Positions 38,305-50,319 are shown, counted from the stretch's first letter. The stretch is DNA of 64,000 nucleotides from Eledone cirrhosa (GCA_964016885.1 OZ024752.1:10354001-10418000); one strand, 5' to 3'. Program-made: numbers and translations. Notes: a model not told the origin generated them from the sequence alone.

Positions 38305-39034
38305 TTTCTATGCTAAATTTTGCTATTTTTCTGATACTCTACAATACAGCAATTGCAACTATCCTCGGACAATACCACATATACTTCACGAAATTTCTCC
38401 TTGAATGGAATTTGGTATAAATTTGTTAATACATTATACTGCATTACTCTGCACTCTTTACTCGTTATCAGATCTCATTCTTCCTCTTGTACATTTTATG
38501 AGACAATAAGTAGCATTCTATCTTCTTTCCTTCCATCTTACCAGAATCGTATTTACCCAAATGTATATATCGTATTAAATCGCACCAAATAATATTACAT
38601 ACCATAGAATGCTTTGCTATAGTCTATATGGTTCTCGTTAATTGATCCCCGCAAGTCACAGGTATACTATATTAATTGTACTCATAATTATATTTACGTC
38701 AATTAAGTTACCGTCAGTGTTAGCTCTAATCACCTAGGCGAATTCTGCTTCACAGCAAAGTGCAATATTTCAATTAAATAGATCTCATTAGCCATCATCA
38801 CGATGTCTAATTTGTACATTAGTGGCAGCAGATATATGATGGCCAGAAAAGAAAAAAAAGCCAGTTATTCGGCCGCTTAAAATGCAACTAACTGCAGCCG
38901 TATTCAGAATGTTATCACTTGATGGGCATTTAATGACATATCGAATTGATAATGTACGAAATACAGATTGTGAATAACAGACGTACTAATGAAACCTAGA
39001 GTTCCTTTGAGTATAACAACAACAGTATGTATGT

Positions 39035-39716
39035 TCTTCTGGTTTTATATTTCACAAAGTGTTATCAATATAGAGAGAGTCGGTTTCTAACAGACAAGAC
39101 TCATTGGAATTTACACAACACCAACTAGGTAGATATGTATGTATGCATGTATATGTAGATATGGATGTTATTGTATGTGTGGATGTGGATGTTTTGAGTT
39201 GTATGTGCTTTCTATCTGTACATGTGTATATGCAGTTATTAGATGCAACATTTTTGGAATGTTTTACATATTTTTACTGTTCCATTAATGGATTGTACTT
39301 GTCATTTCCTAATTAGCTGTGGTCTTTCTGTTCCTGTGAAGCCTAGCTTCTCAAGATGTGTATTGAGGCAGTTACTAACATATCCCAGTGCACAATAATC
39401 ACAGGCATAAATCTGAAGGTGTAATCAGGGTGGAGTATCTGCAGATTTCTCATCAGTTCTGCATAAATATTCAACTTTTCACTAATCTTTGATCTTATAT
39501 TGGCATCTACTGGGCAGCTAATTTCCACTACTGCGCATGTTTTCTTCTCCCTGTCCCATATAATATCCGGTCTGTTATGCCTGCATTTTATTTGGGGTTT
39601 TTACTGGAACATTCTACCAGTACTCTTTCATATTATGTACATGGATGTCTTCCACATTGTTGTAGCTTTTAAGGTGTTTATTATCGGGGCTATCTTTTTT
39701 ACGAACTGCATTGTAG
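39035..39716 (-). mobile_element. second, shorter copy of the same R4/Dong family (RLE + 3' UTR)
   Basis: LYNAVRKKDSP...KEYW; EISCPVDANIRSKISEKLNIYAEL; 3' end matches ~33700-33762. Confidence 0.9.
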
Positions 39717-39796
39717 AGTGAGTGAGTGAGTGAGTGAGTGAGCGAGCGAGCGAGCGAGCATGTGCGTGTGTGTGTGTGTGTGTGTGCGTGTATGCG

Positions 39797-40038
39797 ACAG
39801 CTCACACCTATGCAGGTTTAGCTGGCCTCCAAGGTATATCTCGTTGGAGGTGTCTTGGGTGATTTAATTATAGGGTCCCCAGTCCTATCATCTCATTTCT
39901 AAAGCTCTAAACTGGAGCAACGTGAAATAAAATGGCTTACTCAAGGAAACATCATCCTGTCCGAGAATTGATCTCACAACCTTTCGATTGCAAGCCCAAT
40001 GCTCTATCCACTAAGCCATGCTCTAAACACTAAGCCAT
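39797..40038 (-). mobile_element. CORE-type SINE (tail type A)
   Basis: Matches 28500-28740. Confidence 0.85.
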
Positions 40039-40867
40039 ATGGTAGATATGCTGCTTATTTCTTAAAGATTTTCCTGTATTTGCCATACAGGAGGCCCTAA
40101 ATACTATTACCCGTCCAGCGTTATATATTTAAATATAGGTGTTATCCTTACTGTGGTAAGGATACCACCCGTATTTGAAGGAAACGTTTTAGACAACATA
40201 CAACCGAAACACCATTTTGTTCCATTCTTTTCGGCAACACAATATGTTGACATCATCAAACACCCTTTGTCGATTTTAGTGCCAGGGAAATCTTAATTCC
40301 AACCACATTTCTGCCAATGGTTTCAGAAAATGTGTTATTTATAATTTGTAATATTTTTTTTTCTTTTCTTTTATAGAAAAGATTTAGCTGACTTCGTATT
40401 TTAACAGAAGTTGATTTTATGCTCCGCTTTGTTATAATACATTTATGACCAGTAGTGAATTCCTTATATCGATTTTCGTTTTTGTTATAACCTTCGCTAT
40501 ACTTCAATTTGTTTAACTGCCTTCTTTCTTCTCCATTCCTTCCCTTTATATTCCTGCATCTATTGGAACACTTTTAAATTTCCCTTGCGCCTGATTTTAT
40601 TTAATCCTTTTATTAGTGTACACGTAGGTATTTGTCTTAAATCAATATTTCTATTTATATTGTCCATTAAAAAATTCTTCTTTATGTTTGTATTTCTCTC
40701 TGAAAAAACCTGAGTAGGTATTAAAGCCTTTTGACGTAAGGACACGTTTATATTCAACTCTCTCTCATAGGGAACAAGTAAACGGTAGGTAACAAAAGCA
40801 ATATACAACTAAGATTGTATATATATATATTTAAAAAAATAGGTGTGACACACGAGTTGTGATATAT

Positions 40868-41772
40868 TAGTAAAAAGGAAAAGAAAATGCTGACAAATTG
40901 TTCCCATGGAAAAATAGTTTAATTAGGAATAAGTATAAATTAGTAATAAGTATTAGTATTCAGTTTTAGTTTACCCGTTGCGCATTTCTTATGCTTTTCA
41001 AAAATAATTTTGAGAGTGCTCCTGATTTTTGCTCAGTTTTGGAAATTCTTCCTGTTTTATGTGAAAAAAGTGGCTTGGAAGTTATTAAAATTTGGTTGGT
41101 TGTTGAACGTCACGTGAATAAGCACTATAAATTTCGCGCCAATTCGTGTTGCAAAAATTGTTGTAGTCAAAATAATTTTGATTGGTCGGTAGAAGTCACG
41201 TGAATGTTTAAATTGATTTTAGCGCGAACTGGTTTCGCGCCAAATGTAGGTTGTCGAAGAGCGTTCTTTTCCGCTTGATTGAGTTGCAGCCATGTTGAGA
41301 GGTCAACGGTTCAGGTGTCTATTAAAACAAATATATGTGCGTGCGGGCGTGCAGCAAGGTGGTTCATTGTTGTGATAATGGAAATGAATCGGTCAGTAGG
41401 AATGTGTGTGAGGGGTGGGGGTTATTCTAACATGTTGAAACATTCAGCTCTTGTCTTATACGGAGAAGTGTGTGCGTGGACCAGTATTTGTGTGGTACTG
41501 GTAAAAATGGCGTACATTATTCGATATTTTCAGTCATTTGCAAAAACGGTTCTCTCAAAAGAACATCAATAATTTCAGGGTCTTTTGTTATTGATGTTCT
41601 TTTGAGAGAATCGTGTTTGCAAATGACTGAAAATATCGAATAATGTACGCCATTTTTACCAGTACCACAAAAATACTGGCACACACACAAACACTACTAA
41701 TTTATACTTATTCCTAATTAAACTATTTTTCACTGGGAAACATTTGTCAGCATTTTCTTTTCCTTTTTACTT
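40868..41772. mobile_element. TA-flanked element with outer inverted termini (40868-40945 / 41695-41772) and inner palindrome (~41481-41572 / 41587-41680)
   Basis: Reverse-complement matches read directly; terminus shared with 6805-6975. Confidence 0.75.
41109..41241. promoter_or_regulatory. cluster of E2F-like, USF/E-box, CCAAT and TATA-like motifs inside the element
   Basis: GTCACGTGA at 41109 and 41195; TTTCGCGCC at 41132 and 41233; ATTGG at 41181; TATAAA at 41126. Confidence 0.4.
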
Positions 41773-41936
41773 ATATATATAGAGAGAGATTTTAAGTATA
41801 TGTTGGTTGTATACCAACACCTCAGTATGAAATTGGAGCACTCGACGAAGTGCGCAGGTTGGTTTGGTTACTCCTGAGTAATGTAAAATAAAATAAAATA
41901 AATAAGTCAAATGTTTAAAATTTAGCTTCGTTTATT

Positions 41937-41991
41937 ACTGCTAAATATATTTCGGTGACAGCCATCTTTGGCTGTGACCTCTTCAGGCAGT
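41937..41991 (-). ncRNA. type I hammerhead ribozyme (inverted copy)
   Basis: Same as 42483-42537 with one change in stem III. Confidence 0.7.
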
Positions 41992-42482
41992 CCGAATTAG
42001 TGTGGTATAGACAAGTACATATGTTGTTGAGGTGTATAACCTTGTCAATACTCTGATGTGTCCAGTGTCCTGGTTGGGTTGTTATTTCACTGAGGAACTG
42101 GAATCTTGACATTTTTTGTTATTTTGTTCCTTTACCATCTTATTCCTTCTACCATTTTATCAATTTGTTTAGCTAACTCCAACAATAACAACACTACCAA
42201 CACAAGAATTGAGGTCAGATGTACCTAACAATAACAAGAACAACAACTACAGATTGGCTTGCCTCAGAACGAATTTCTATAGACTTTTGAATGAGGAATG
42301 TTCTAAAAATTGACCAATGAGAGGAGAAGAGGCCCTTTGACACTGAAATTCGTTTGTTTGAATTCATATGATTCCAGTTCCTCAGTGAAATAACAACCAA
42401 ACCAGGAACTGGGCATATCAGAGTATTGACAAGGTTATACACGTCAACAACATCTGTACTTGTCTATACCACACTAATTCGG

Positions 42483-42537
42483 ACTGCCTGAAGAGGTCAC
42501 AGCCAAAGATGGCTGTCACCGAAATATATATAGCAGT
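42483..42537 (+). ncRNA. type I hammerhead ribozyme
   Basis: ACUGC-CUGAAGA-GGU.c.ACAGCCA(aaga)UGGCUGU.c.ACC-GAAA-UAUAUA-U-A-GCAGU; predicted cleavage after 42532. Confidence 0.85.
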
Positions 42538-42568
42538 AATAAACGAAGCTAAATTTTAAACATTTGAC

Positions 42569-42613
<45 letters not shown>

Positions 42614-43057
42614 CCACAATTTATATGGTTCGTTGATTATTCAACCAATACAATTTTACAATAGATTAGAAGTACTCGACAAATAATTTTTCTGGAATAT
42701 TTAATATTATTCAAAATAGTAATAAATGAATAAAAATATATATATATATTAATAAGTACATAGTCTACGTGGGTAAATGTTTTTCGTCGTAACCACATAC
42801 TTCTGTGCTGGATTCTTGCTATAAAACTGGTTAGGTCAAACAATCGTAGGTGAAAGTCGGTAGACAGAAAGGATACGCATGTCTGTACTATACAGACGGA
42901 ACTACATATCCACAGAGAATCAGATACACCTGTCTGTATGTGCCCGCTTGAATATCAGTATTCAAGAGTGATTACGTTATCATATTTGTACCACCACCAC
43001 AACAATCGCTGGTAAAATAATAATATACTACAACATCTACTACTACTACTACTAATA

Positions 43058-43611
43058 ATAATTGTGTCTACTTTAGGCACAAGGCCAGCAATTACCCAGT
43101 GCATTACTGGTACTTTATTTTATCGACCCCGTAAGGATGAAAGGCAAAGTCGACCTCGGCGGGATTTGAACTCAGATCGTAAAGGGACGTAACTATGCTG
43201 TAAAGCATGGCGTGCGACCCTCTACCGATACTGCCAATCCCCCGGGTCAAATAATAATACTACTACTAATAATAATAATAATAGTTTTACTTTAGGCACA
43301 AGGCCAGCAATTTTGCGGGAGGGGATAGTCGATTAAATCGACCTCAGTGCATTACTGGTACTTTATTTTATCGACCCCGTAAGGATGAAAGGCAAAGTTA
43401 ACCTCGGCGGGATTTGAACTCAGAACGTAGATGTCCATAATTATGCCGCGAAACAGAGTCCGACGCTCTACTGATACTACAACTACTACTACTGATTATT
43501 ATAATAGTAGTAGTAGGTTGACTTTGCCTTTCATCCTTACGGGCTCGATAAAATAAAGTACCAGTAATGCACTGGGTAATTGCTGGCCTTGTGCCTGAAG
43601 TAGAAACAATT
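43058..43611. mobile_element. SINE family 1 cluster: two minus copies (~43058-43245, ~43282-43480) and one partial plus copy (~43515-43611)
   Basis: Family motifs within (TAA)/(TAC) microsatellites. Confidence 0.9.
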
Positions 43612-43659
43612 ATAATAGTAGTAATAATAGAGGTGGTGGTAGTAGTAGTAGTCGCAATG

Positions 43660-44025
43660 AGAGAGATGGAGAGCGAGACTGCCATAAACACTGAGACTAG
43701 ACACATAAGGAATGGAAGCATAATATTATAGGGAATGTGATCCACTGGCATTTACTCAAACTGAATTTAATATCGCTCTGAGAAGTGTTATGAACATATG
43801 CCAGAGTGGGTGATATGAGCGAGGAAGGGAGCTGTGGAAATTCGGGATACGAACAAATAAAAACAACAGGACTGGCCTGACTTGGTGATTTTTGACAAGG
43901 AAAAACGTTTTTGTTAGATTATAGATATAGCTGAGACCTTTGACACAAGAAGGCAACAGCAGGAGAATGAGAATATTAACCGATACCAGGATTTAAATTG
44001 GGGGAAAAAAGGATTTGGGACTGTC
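43660..44025 (+). pseudogene. decayed RLE region of a different R4/Dong-like family
   Basis: HKEWKHNIIGNVIHWHL; WPDLVIFDKEKRFC*IIDIA.TFD...ENINRYQDL. Confidence 0.7.
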
Positions 44026-44099
44026 ATGAGATGGACTGTTGCGCGTGGAAAGGGATGGCAATATACATACATGTCCATGGCTCATTCATATCTCGGCAA

Positions 44100-44245
44100 T
44101 AAGCAGGAAAAACATATATACAGGTATGTGGTTAGAATGTTTCAGGAAAGAATCACTGGTCAGATTTTACGGGCAAAACCAACCAGAAGGAACCACAGTG
44201 GTAGACCCCAAGCAAGATGGTTGGATAATATCCATGACCTCTCCG
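44100..44245 (+). pseudogene. RTE-clade LINE C-terminal fragment
   Basis: YVVRMFQERITGQILRAKPTRRNHSGRPQARWLDNI. Confidence 0.7.
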
Positions 44246-44984
44246 ACTCTCTCTGCGAAGTGCGAACACAGAAATGAAAGTACAACAGCATCGTCAGTTA
44301 AAGATGTTCAGCACATATTAAAGGAGAAATCACGAACAACAGAAACAAATACAAAAAGTCAGGAAATACAAAATATGAATAGAAAATAAATAAATATACA
44401 AATATCGGAAAAGAAAATGCGGCGATAAAACTAACACATGCAAATAGAACAAATGAAATAACAAGTCTAAATTAAACCTTAGAACAGGCAACGAATATTG
44501 GCAAAGGAAAATCAAACGCATACAACACAAACAAAAGTAGAAATATATGAGTATACTGGGATTCACGAAATAAGAAGAGTAAATGTGGAAATCATGACAA
44601 CAATACTCTGAAGATGGCAATAATCCAGGAATTGGAAAAAAATAATGAAATATGTCTCAATAGACGAACAGCTGTTTATTCCAACATGGATAATGAAAAT
44701 ATTTAGAATATATCACCATAAATCAGGTAAGGAAGCGATTGGGGGCGTATGCAATTATATAAACAAAATTAGATTTAGAAAGCTAAGGGGACTTGTACAA
44801 TTATGAGGTTAATAAAATATCCACCATTGGAATGAAAATTTACATAGTGGAGATAATGGGCATGTAATAAAAATAGCTACGAAAGAAACAAAACGAAAGA
44901 TTGTGTTTGTCTTCAAAGAGTAAATCTAATAAAATGTAATGCAGGCATAAAAACAAGGATGGATGGACGGACGTGCGTGTGTGT

Positions 44985-45210
44985 GAAGGCGCATGACAGT
45001 GGTTAGAGCATTGGGCTTGCAATCGAAAGGTTGTGAGTTCAATTCTCGGACCGGGTGATGTGTTATTTCCTTGAGCAAGACTTTATTTTACGTTGCTCCA
45101 GTTTACTCAGCTGTAGAAATCAGTACCGGCCTACCCGCCCAGCAAGTGGGATGGCGTTATATTATGGCTAAAACAGCATGACGTGTTCTGACCAGTGCCG
45201 CCGATTGGCG
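44985..45210 (+). mobile_element. CORE-type SINE (tail type B), full-length
   Basis: GAAGGCGCATGACAGTGGTTAGAGC...GTGAGTTCAATTCTCGG; TTCCTTGAGCAAGAC. Confidence 0.85.
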
Positions 45211-45576
45211 CCCGACAGACTGGTCGGTCAAGGTGGTCAAGGTGATTATCAAATCGCATTTGAACAGAAGCCCCCTCAATTCAATATATACATGGACAAA
45301 TTGACTATCATATGGATCATTTTGCATATATGTACTCTGTGCTTTTGCATTTATTCATTATTGGTTCTTTACTTTTGTGTACTTTATATCATTTTATTTT
45401 ATTTGTTCCATGTGATGGAAATTATGACCATGTACCTGATGACTTCTACCTTTCATACCGTAGTTTACCCTCCGTTCTACTATACGGTATTATCGCTCAG
45501 TATGTGGTGAGTGTAACTGACATGAGTACCCCTTTCAGAACTTCTTAAACGTCTCTCTGCATATTATTTACTCACT

Positions 45577-45607
<31 letters not shown>

Positions 45608-46370
45608 ACTCACCTCAATCCGGATTCTCACTTGAAACATTTTTTTTTAATTTCTAATTGTTAATTTTTTAATTTTTCTGTTTTTTAATTTATAGTTTCT
45701 GATATCTGATTTAGGGTCTTTGGTTTTAATTTTTTATTTCCAACTCACTCATAACTTCCAATGTGAAACCATGATACCTGGAATTAAGTATATTTTCTCT
45801 TAGGGGTTGATGGTCAGTTGTACTGTCCATGCTTGGTGAGAGCTAGTATTGTGACCTGTAAAAACTAACACACTCCCATCCCCACTGGTTTTCGGCTGAC
45901 TGCCGCAGACGGGATGGGTAGCAGTAAACTATGGTACAGGCCTGAATGGGTCATTGTTTGGCTAAGAGGGTGAACTGACTAAACGAATTTCGTTGAAATC
46001 TGCGGTAGCTTATGATCAACTACCTCTGAACCTGCGCCTGCGCAGACCGGTGTGGGTGAATTGGTACTCACAGGGGAACGGATGAAGAATCCACAAACAC
46101 ACTCTTCGTACGTTCCCATGTCGATTCAATTTGGATTGCCTCGTAAACATAACCTTATTATGTAACAAGCTGTCTGACGATGTCGCGACACTGGCACACA
46201 GAACAGTGTGGACACTGTCGGCATTGAATTATATATCACAGCATTATTATTAAAAGACTTCAACATATGAAACTACTTCGCTTTTCCTTATTCGATATTT
46301 ACTCCGTCACTCCTATGTGGAATAAGTACGTTGAGTGCTTGATTTGAATTGCATCAATGTTTACCCTAAG

Positions 46371-46404
<34 letters not shown>

Positions 46405-46405
<1 letters not shown>

Positions 46406-47795
46406 AACAACCTCACCACCAGAAACAGCACACTACCAACGTTCTACCAACTCATTAAATCCTACAAAACCTGTGTTACTCTAAAGATAAGACCAATTGT
46501 CTTGAGTATAGAAGGACCCTTCTATAAAATCTCCTGGTTACTCTCCCAGATCCTCAAGCCGATACTTGCTACTTTTACTTGATATGTCAGCAGCTCCTGT
46601 TTTTTTTTCAGATACATAGATGATATCCTCATCCTCACATTATCCCATGAAGAGGCCGACATAATATCTACTGTATTTTCAAACACATAAATTACGATTT
46701 ACCACAGAACACCCCGATATAACTGGTTCCTGCTGGACTTGCTACTAAGAGTAACAGAAGAACGTACTATATATACCTACTTCAATAGGAACCCGGTTTG
46801 TGCATTATAGAGCATCCCTTCCCCATTGGTGCTAAAACCGGATACATAAGAAATGAACTTACACGTATCTGGAATAAATGTAGCGAGGCAGGGCACCAGC
46901 TCACTCACAGTGCACACTTCATTAAATGTACTGAAGCCGAACGGATACCGAATATCCCCAGTGAATCGACTGAAGAATCGAAGGCGCCGCAGGCATAAGA
47001 CCTTCTCTAATACCTGCTTCATGAAATTATCACATTTCAGCGAAAGCATAACCACAGGTATCCGCAGAGTTATCATAAAACAAGGTCTTGAGATACAGTG
47101 ACCACACTCCTACCCTTCACTGCATTGATACATGTTTTAAAAGCAATCGAGAGACAAAAATCAATGCTCGCTGACTAACTGCCCTATCCACTATACAGGT
47201 ATGTGCCAGAGTGCACGTGATATACCGGATTGAATGCAACAAATGTAAAGAGTTCTACATTGGTAGCACGACACAAGCACTTCATACTCGCATTGAAGAA
47301 CACGTCAACTCACGCGCATCTTCATTTAAAAACATTGACAAATGTAGAACATCAACCAAAATATTACCGTTACCATTAAAGATAGTGATAGAAATGTGGG
47401 CAGTTTAAGAATTTAGGAAGCCTTGCTCACACGTAGACTCAACCTTCAAATAAATAATATATTAGAACTCAGCACACAGTACTTGACATAAAAGACACAC
47501 CCACAGGCACACAAACTAAACATCTCATACATAAAAAGAAAACTGATTTCATGAAATACTATAATCTCAAAGAGAGGAAATTGGAACATTATCCACTGAA
47601 AGTTCCTTAAATCCCGATGAAGGGACTTTTAGGTAACAAAATATTGGACAGAATAAAGAGCAACAAAAAACAAAAAGATTGCCGGGTAACTTACTTTCCG
47701 TTACCTCATCTTACAGTCCATGTTACATTGTTTAGCCTTCTATCACTTTCAACGTTTTATGTTCAAGGAAACTACATGCTTCAAGGAAACTACAA
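46405..47795 (+). mobile_element. decayed Penelope-like retroelement (RT + GIY-YIG endonuclease + 3' region)
   Basis: LPTFYQLIKSYK...KIRPIV...WLLSQILKP; FRYIDDILI; GYIRNELTRIWNKCS; Cys-rich linker; VIYRIECNKCKEFYIGSTTQALHTRIEEH; possible decayed hammerhead at ~47612-47650; (TA)n on both sides. Confidence 0.85.
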
Positions 47796-48632
47796 CACAC
47801 ACACACATATTATATATATATATATATATATAGAGTGTGGTATACATGCGTATGCATATATATATATAATTACATATATTCACATGCATATACACAAACT
47901 CGTGTATATACACATCTAAGGCCTTGAAAAGCTTGTTGAAAACACAGGCCAGACCAGCTTGGCGCCGCTTTTGTGTGTGTTCGAGCGTGCGTGCGTGTTT
48001 AATCCACAACAAATAACATTGTCAAAACAGCATGATGAACATGTCCCTGTTGCATTCCCGCATTAGTTATAATTTGTTAATAAAAAACGTCGGGTATTTA
48101 TGTTACAACCTAATACATGAATATGTTTGTGTGAACTTGTTATTTTGGTAGTACACATATAATATAATCTAATTGATTCAGAGAAGAAATAAGAGATAAT
48201 ATGACGGTCAAATTACTTCTCGTTAATTCAGATCCTATGGCTTTTAATTTTCCCATGCGTTAACCTAGAAATTGACACTTTACTCAAAATATTCATTCAT
48301 ATAATAATATATTACCCTCAGATATCCTAACGTCCAAAACAGTAGTTATTCCTTTCATGACTCTACATTTTGACATTCTTGTATATTCTTCCGTATCATA
48401 AGTAATATAAAAAAAATCGCCACGACAAATATATATATATATATATGTATATGAAATACGTCCCTTCACGCACAAGGCGCCAAGGTACGCATGTATTGTC
48501 CAACCAAGTGCCAATGTGGTTCAATGGCGGGTTAATAAATTAACGAGCCAGAACAAATATAAACAAGGTTTAGTAAATAATGAAAAAGTTTCAAAATAAA
48601 TTTTAAAAAAATTGACTTTACCTACTATAGTT

Positions 48633-48716
48633 ACCTTTACCGATCGGTTTCGAATCCCAAAAATAAAACGGAGACCATACGGCCTTCGTTGCAAAGAAAG
48701 ATTCTCGTCAGAAGGT
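48633..48716 (-). ncRNA. type I hammerhead ribozyme (inverted monomer)
   Basis: Exact reverse complement of 49272-49355. Confidence 0.85.
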
Positions 48717-49271
48717 TCTTTTCATTCAAAGAATATAAAATTCCTGAATTTAAATCACAAACTAGCGCTATCAAAAACTGTTCCTGGGATGAGAGTGGAT
48801 GATGTAGAACAGGTTTATCAAGGGCCGTAGCAAAGATAGAGGCAAAAGGAGGTAGGTCAAACTAGCCACCGCTATTGCTAGCAGCAGTCGGAATGACCCG
48901 TTTTGTTCTCAACGTTGTTCTCATTATTTACTAAACCTTGTTTATATTTGTTCTGGCTCGTTAATTTATCAACCCGCCATTGAACCACATTGGCACTTGG
49001 TTGGACAATACATGCGTACCTTGGCGCCTTGTGCGTGAAGGGACGTATTTCATATTACTACTACCTCCACTAACGTTGAGAACAAACCGGGTCATTCCGA
49101 CTGCTGCTAGCAATAGCGGTGGCTAGTTTGACCTACCTCCTTTTGCCTCTATCTTTGCTACGGCCCTTGATAAACCTGTTCTACATCATCCACTCTCATC
49201 CCAGGAACAGTTTTTGATAGCGCTAGTTTGTGATTTAAATTCAGGAATTTTATATTCTTTGAATGAAAAGA

Positions 49272-49355
49272 ACCTTCTGACGAGAATCTTTCTTTGCAAC
49301 GAAGGCCGTATGGTCTCCGTTTTATTTTTGGGATTCGAAACCGATCGGTAAAGGT
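49272..49355 (+). ncRNA. type I hammerhead ribozyme (monomer 1)
   Basis: ACCUU-CUGACGA-GAAUC(43 nt)GAUUC-GAAA-CC(GAUC)GG-U-A-AAGGU; GUA triplet, predicted cleavage after 49350. Confidence 0.88.
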
Positions 49356-49752
49356 AACTATAGTAGGTAAAGTCAATTTTTAAAAATTTATTTTGAAACT
49401 TTCATTATTTACTAAACCTTGTTTATATTTGTTCTGGCTCGTTAATTTATTAACCCGCCATTGAACCACATTGGCACTTGGTTGGACAATACATGCGTAC
49501 CTTGGCGCCTTGTGCGTGAAGGGACGTATTTCATATTACTACTACCTCCACTAACGTTGAGAACAAACCGGGTCATTCCGACTGTTGCTAGCAATAGCGG
49601 TGGCTAGTTTGACCTACCTCCTTTTGCCTCTATCTTTGCTACGGCCCTTGATAAACCTGTTCTACATCATCCACTCTCATCCCAGGAACAGTTTTTGATA
49701 GCGCTAGTTTGTGATTTAAATTCAGGAATTTTATATTCTTTGAATGAAAAGA

Positions 49753-49836
49753 ACCTTCTGACGAGAATCTTTCTTTGCAACGAAGGCCGTATGGTCTCCG
49801 TTTTATTTTTGGGATTCGAAACCGATCGGTAAAGGT
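49753..49836 (+). ncRNA. type I hammerhead ribozyme (monomer 2)
   Basis: Identical motif; predicted cleavage after 49831. Confidence 0.88.
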
Positions 49837-50235
49837 AACTATAGTAGGTAAAGTCAATTTTTTAAAATTTATTTTGAAACTTTTTCATTATTTACTAAAC
49901 CTTGTTTATATTTGTTCTGGCTCGTTAATTTATTAACCCGCCATTGAACCACATTGGCACTTGGTTGGACAATACATGCGTACCTTGGCGCCTTGTGCGT
50001 GAAGGGACGTATTTCATATTACTACTACCTCCACTAACGTTGAGAACAAACCGGGTCATTCCGACTGTTGCTAGCAATAGCGGTGGCTAGTTTGACCCAC
50101 CTCCTTTTGCCTCTATCTTTGCTACGGCCCTTGATAAACCTGTTCTACATCATCCACTCTCATCCCAGGAACAGTTTTTGATAGCGCTAGTTTGTGATTT
50201 AAATTCAGGAATTTTATATTCTTTGAATGAAAAGA

Positions 50236-50319
50236 ACCTTCTGACGAGAATCTTTCTTTGCAACGAAGGCCGTATGGTCTCCGTTTTATTTTTGGGATTC
50301 GAAACCGATCGGTAAAGGT
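50236..50319 (+). ncRNA. type I hammerhead ribozyme (monomer 3)
   Basis: Identical motif; predicted cleavage after 50314. Confidence 0.88.

Larger units (their letters stand above)
41905..42570. mobile_element. long inverted repeat (arms ~41905-42105 / 42372-42568) ending in (TA)n; Penelope-like inverted terminus
   Basis: ~200-bp arms nearly identical; each carries a hammerhead. Confidence 0.85.

Noticed and set aside
40060-40810. Lys/Asn-rich minus ORFs, possibly a Penelope N-terminus
   Set aside because: No diagnostic motif; compatible with AT-rich noise
45432-45500. CTGATGA followed by a hairpin
   Set aside because: No downstream GAAA or stem III
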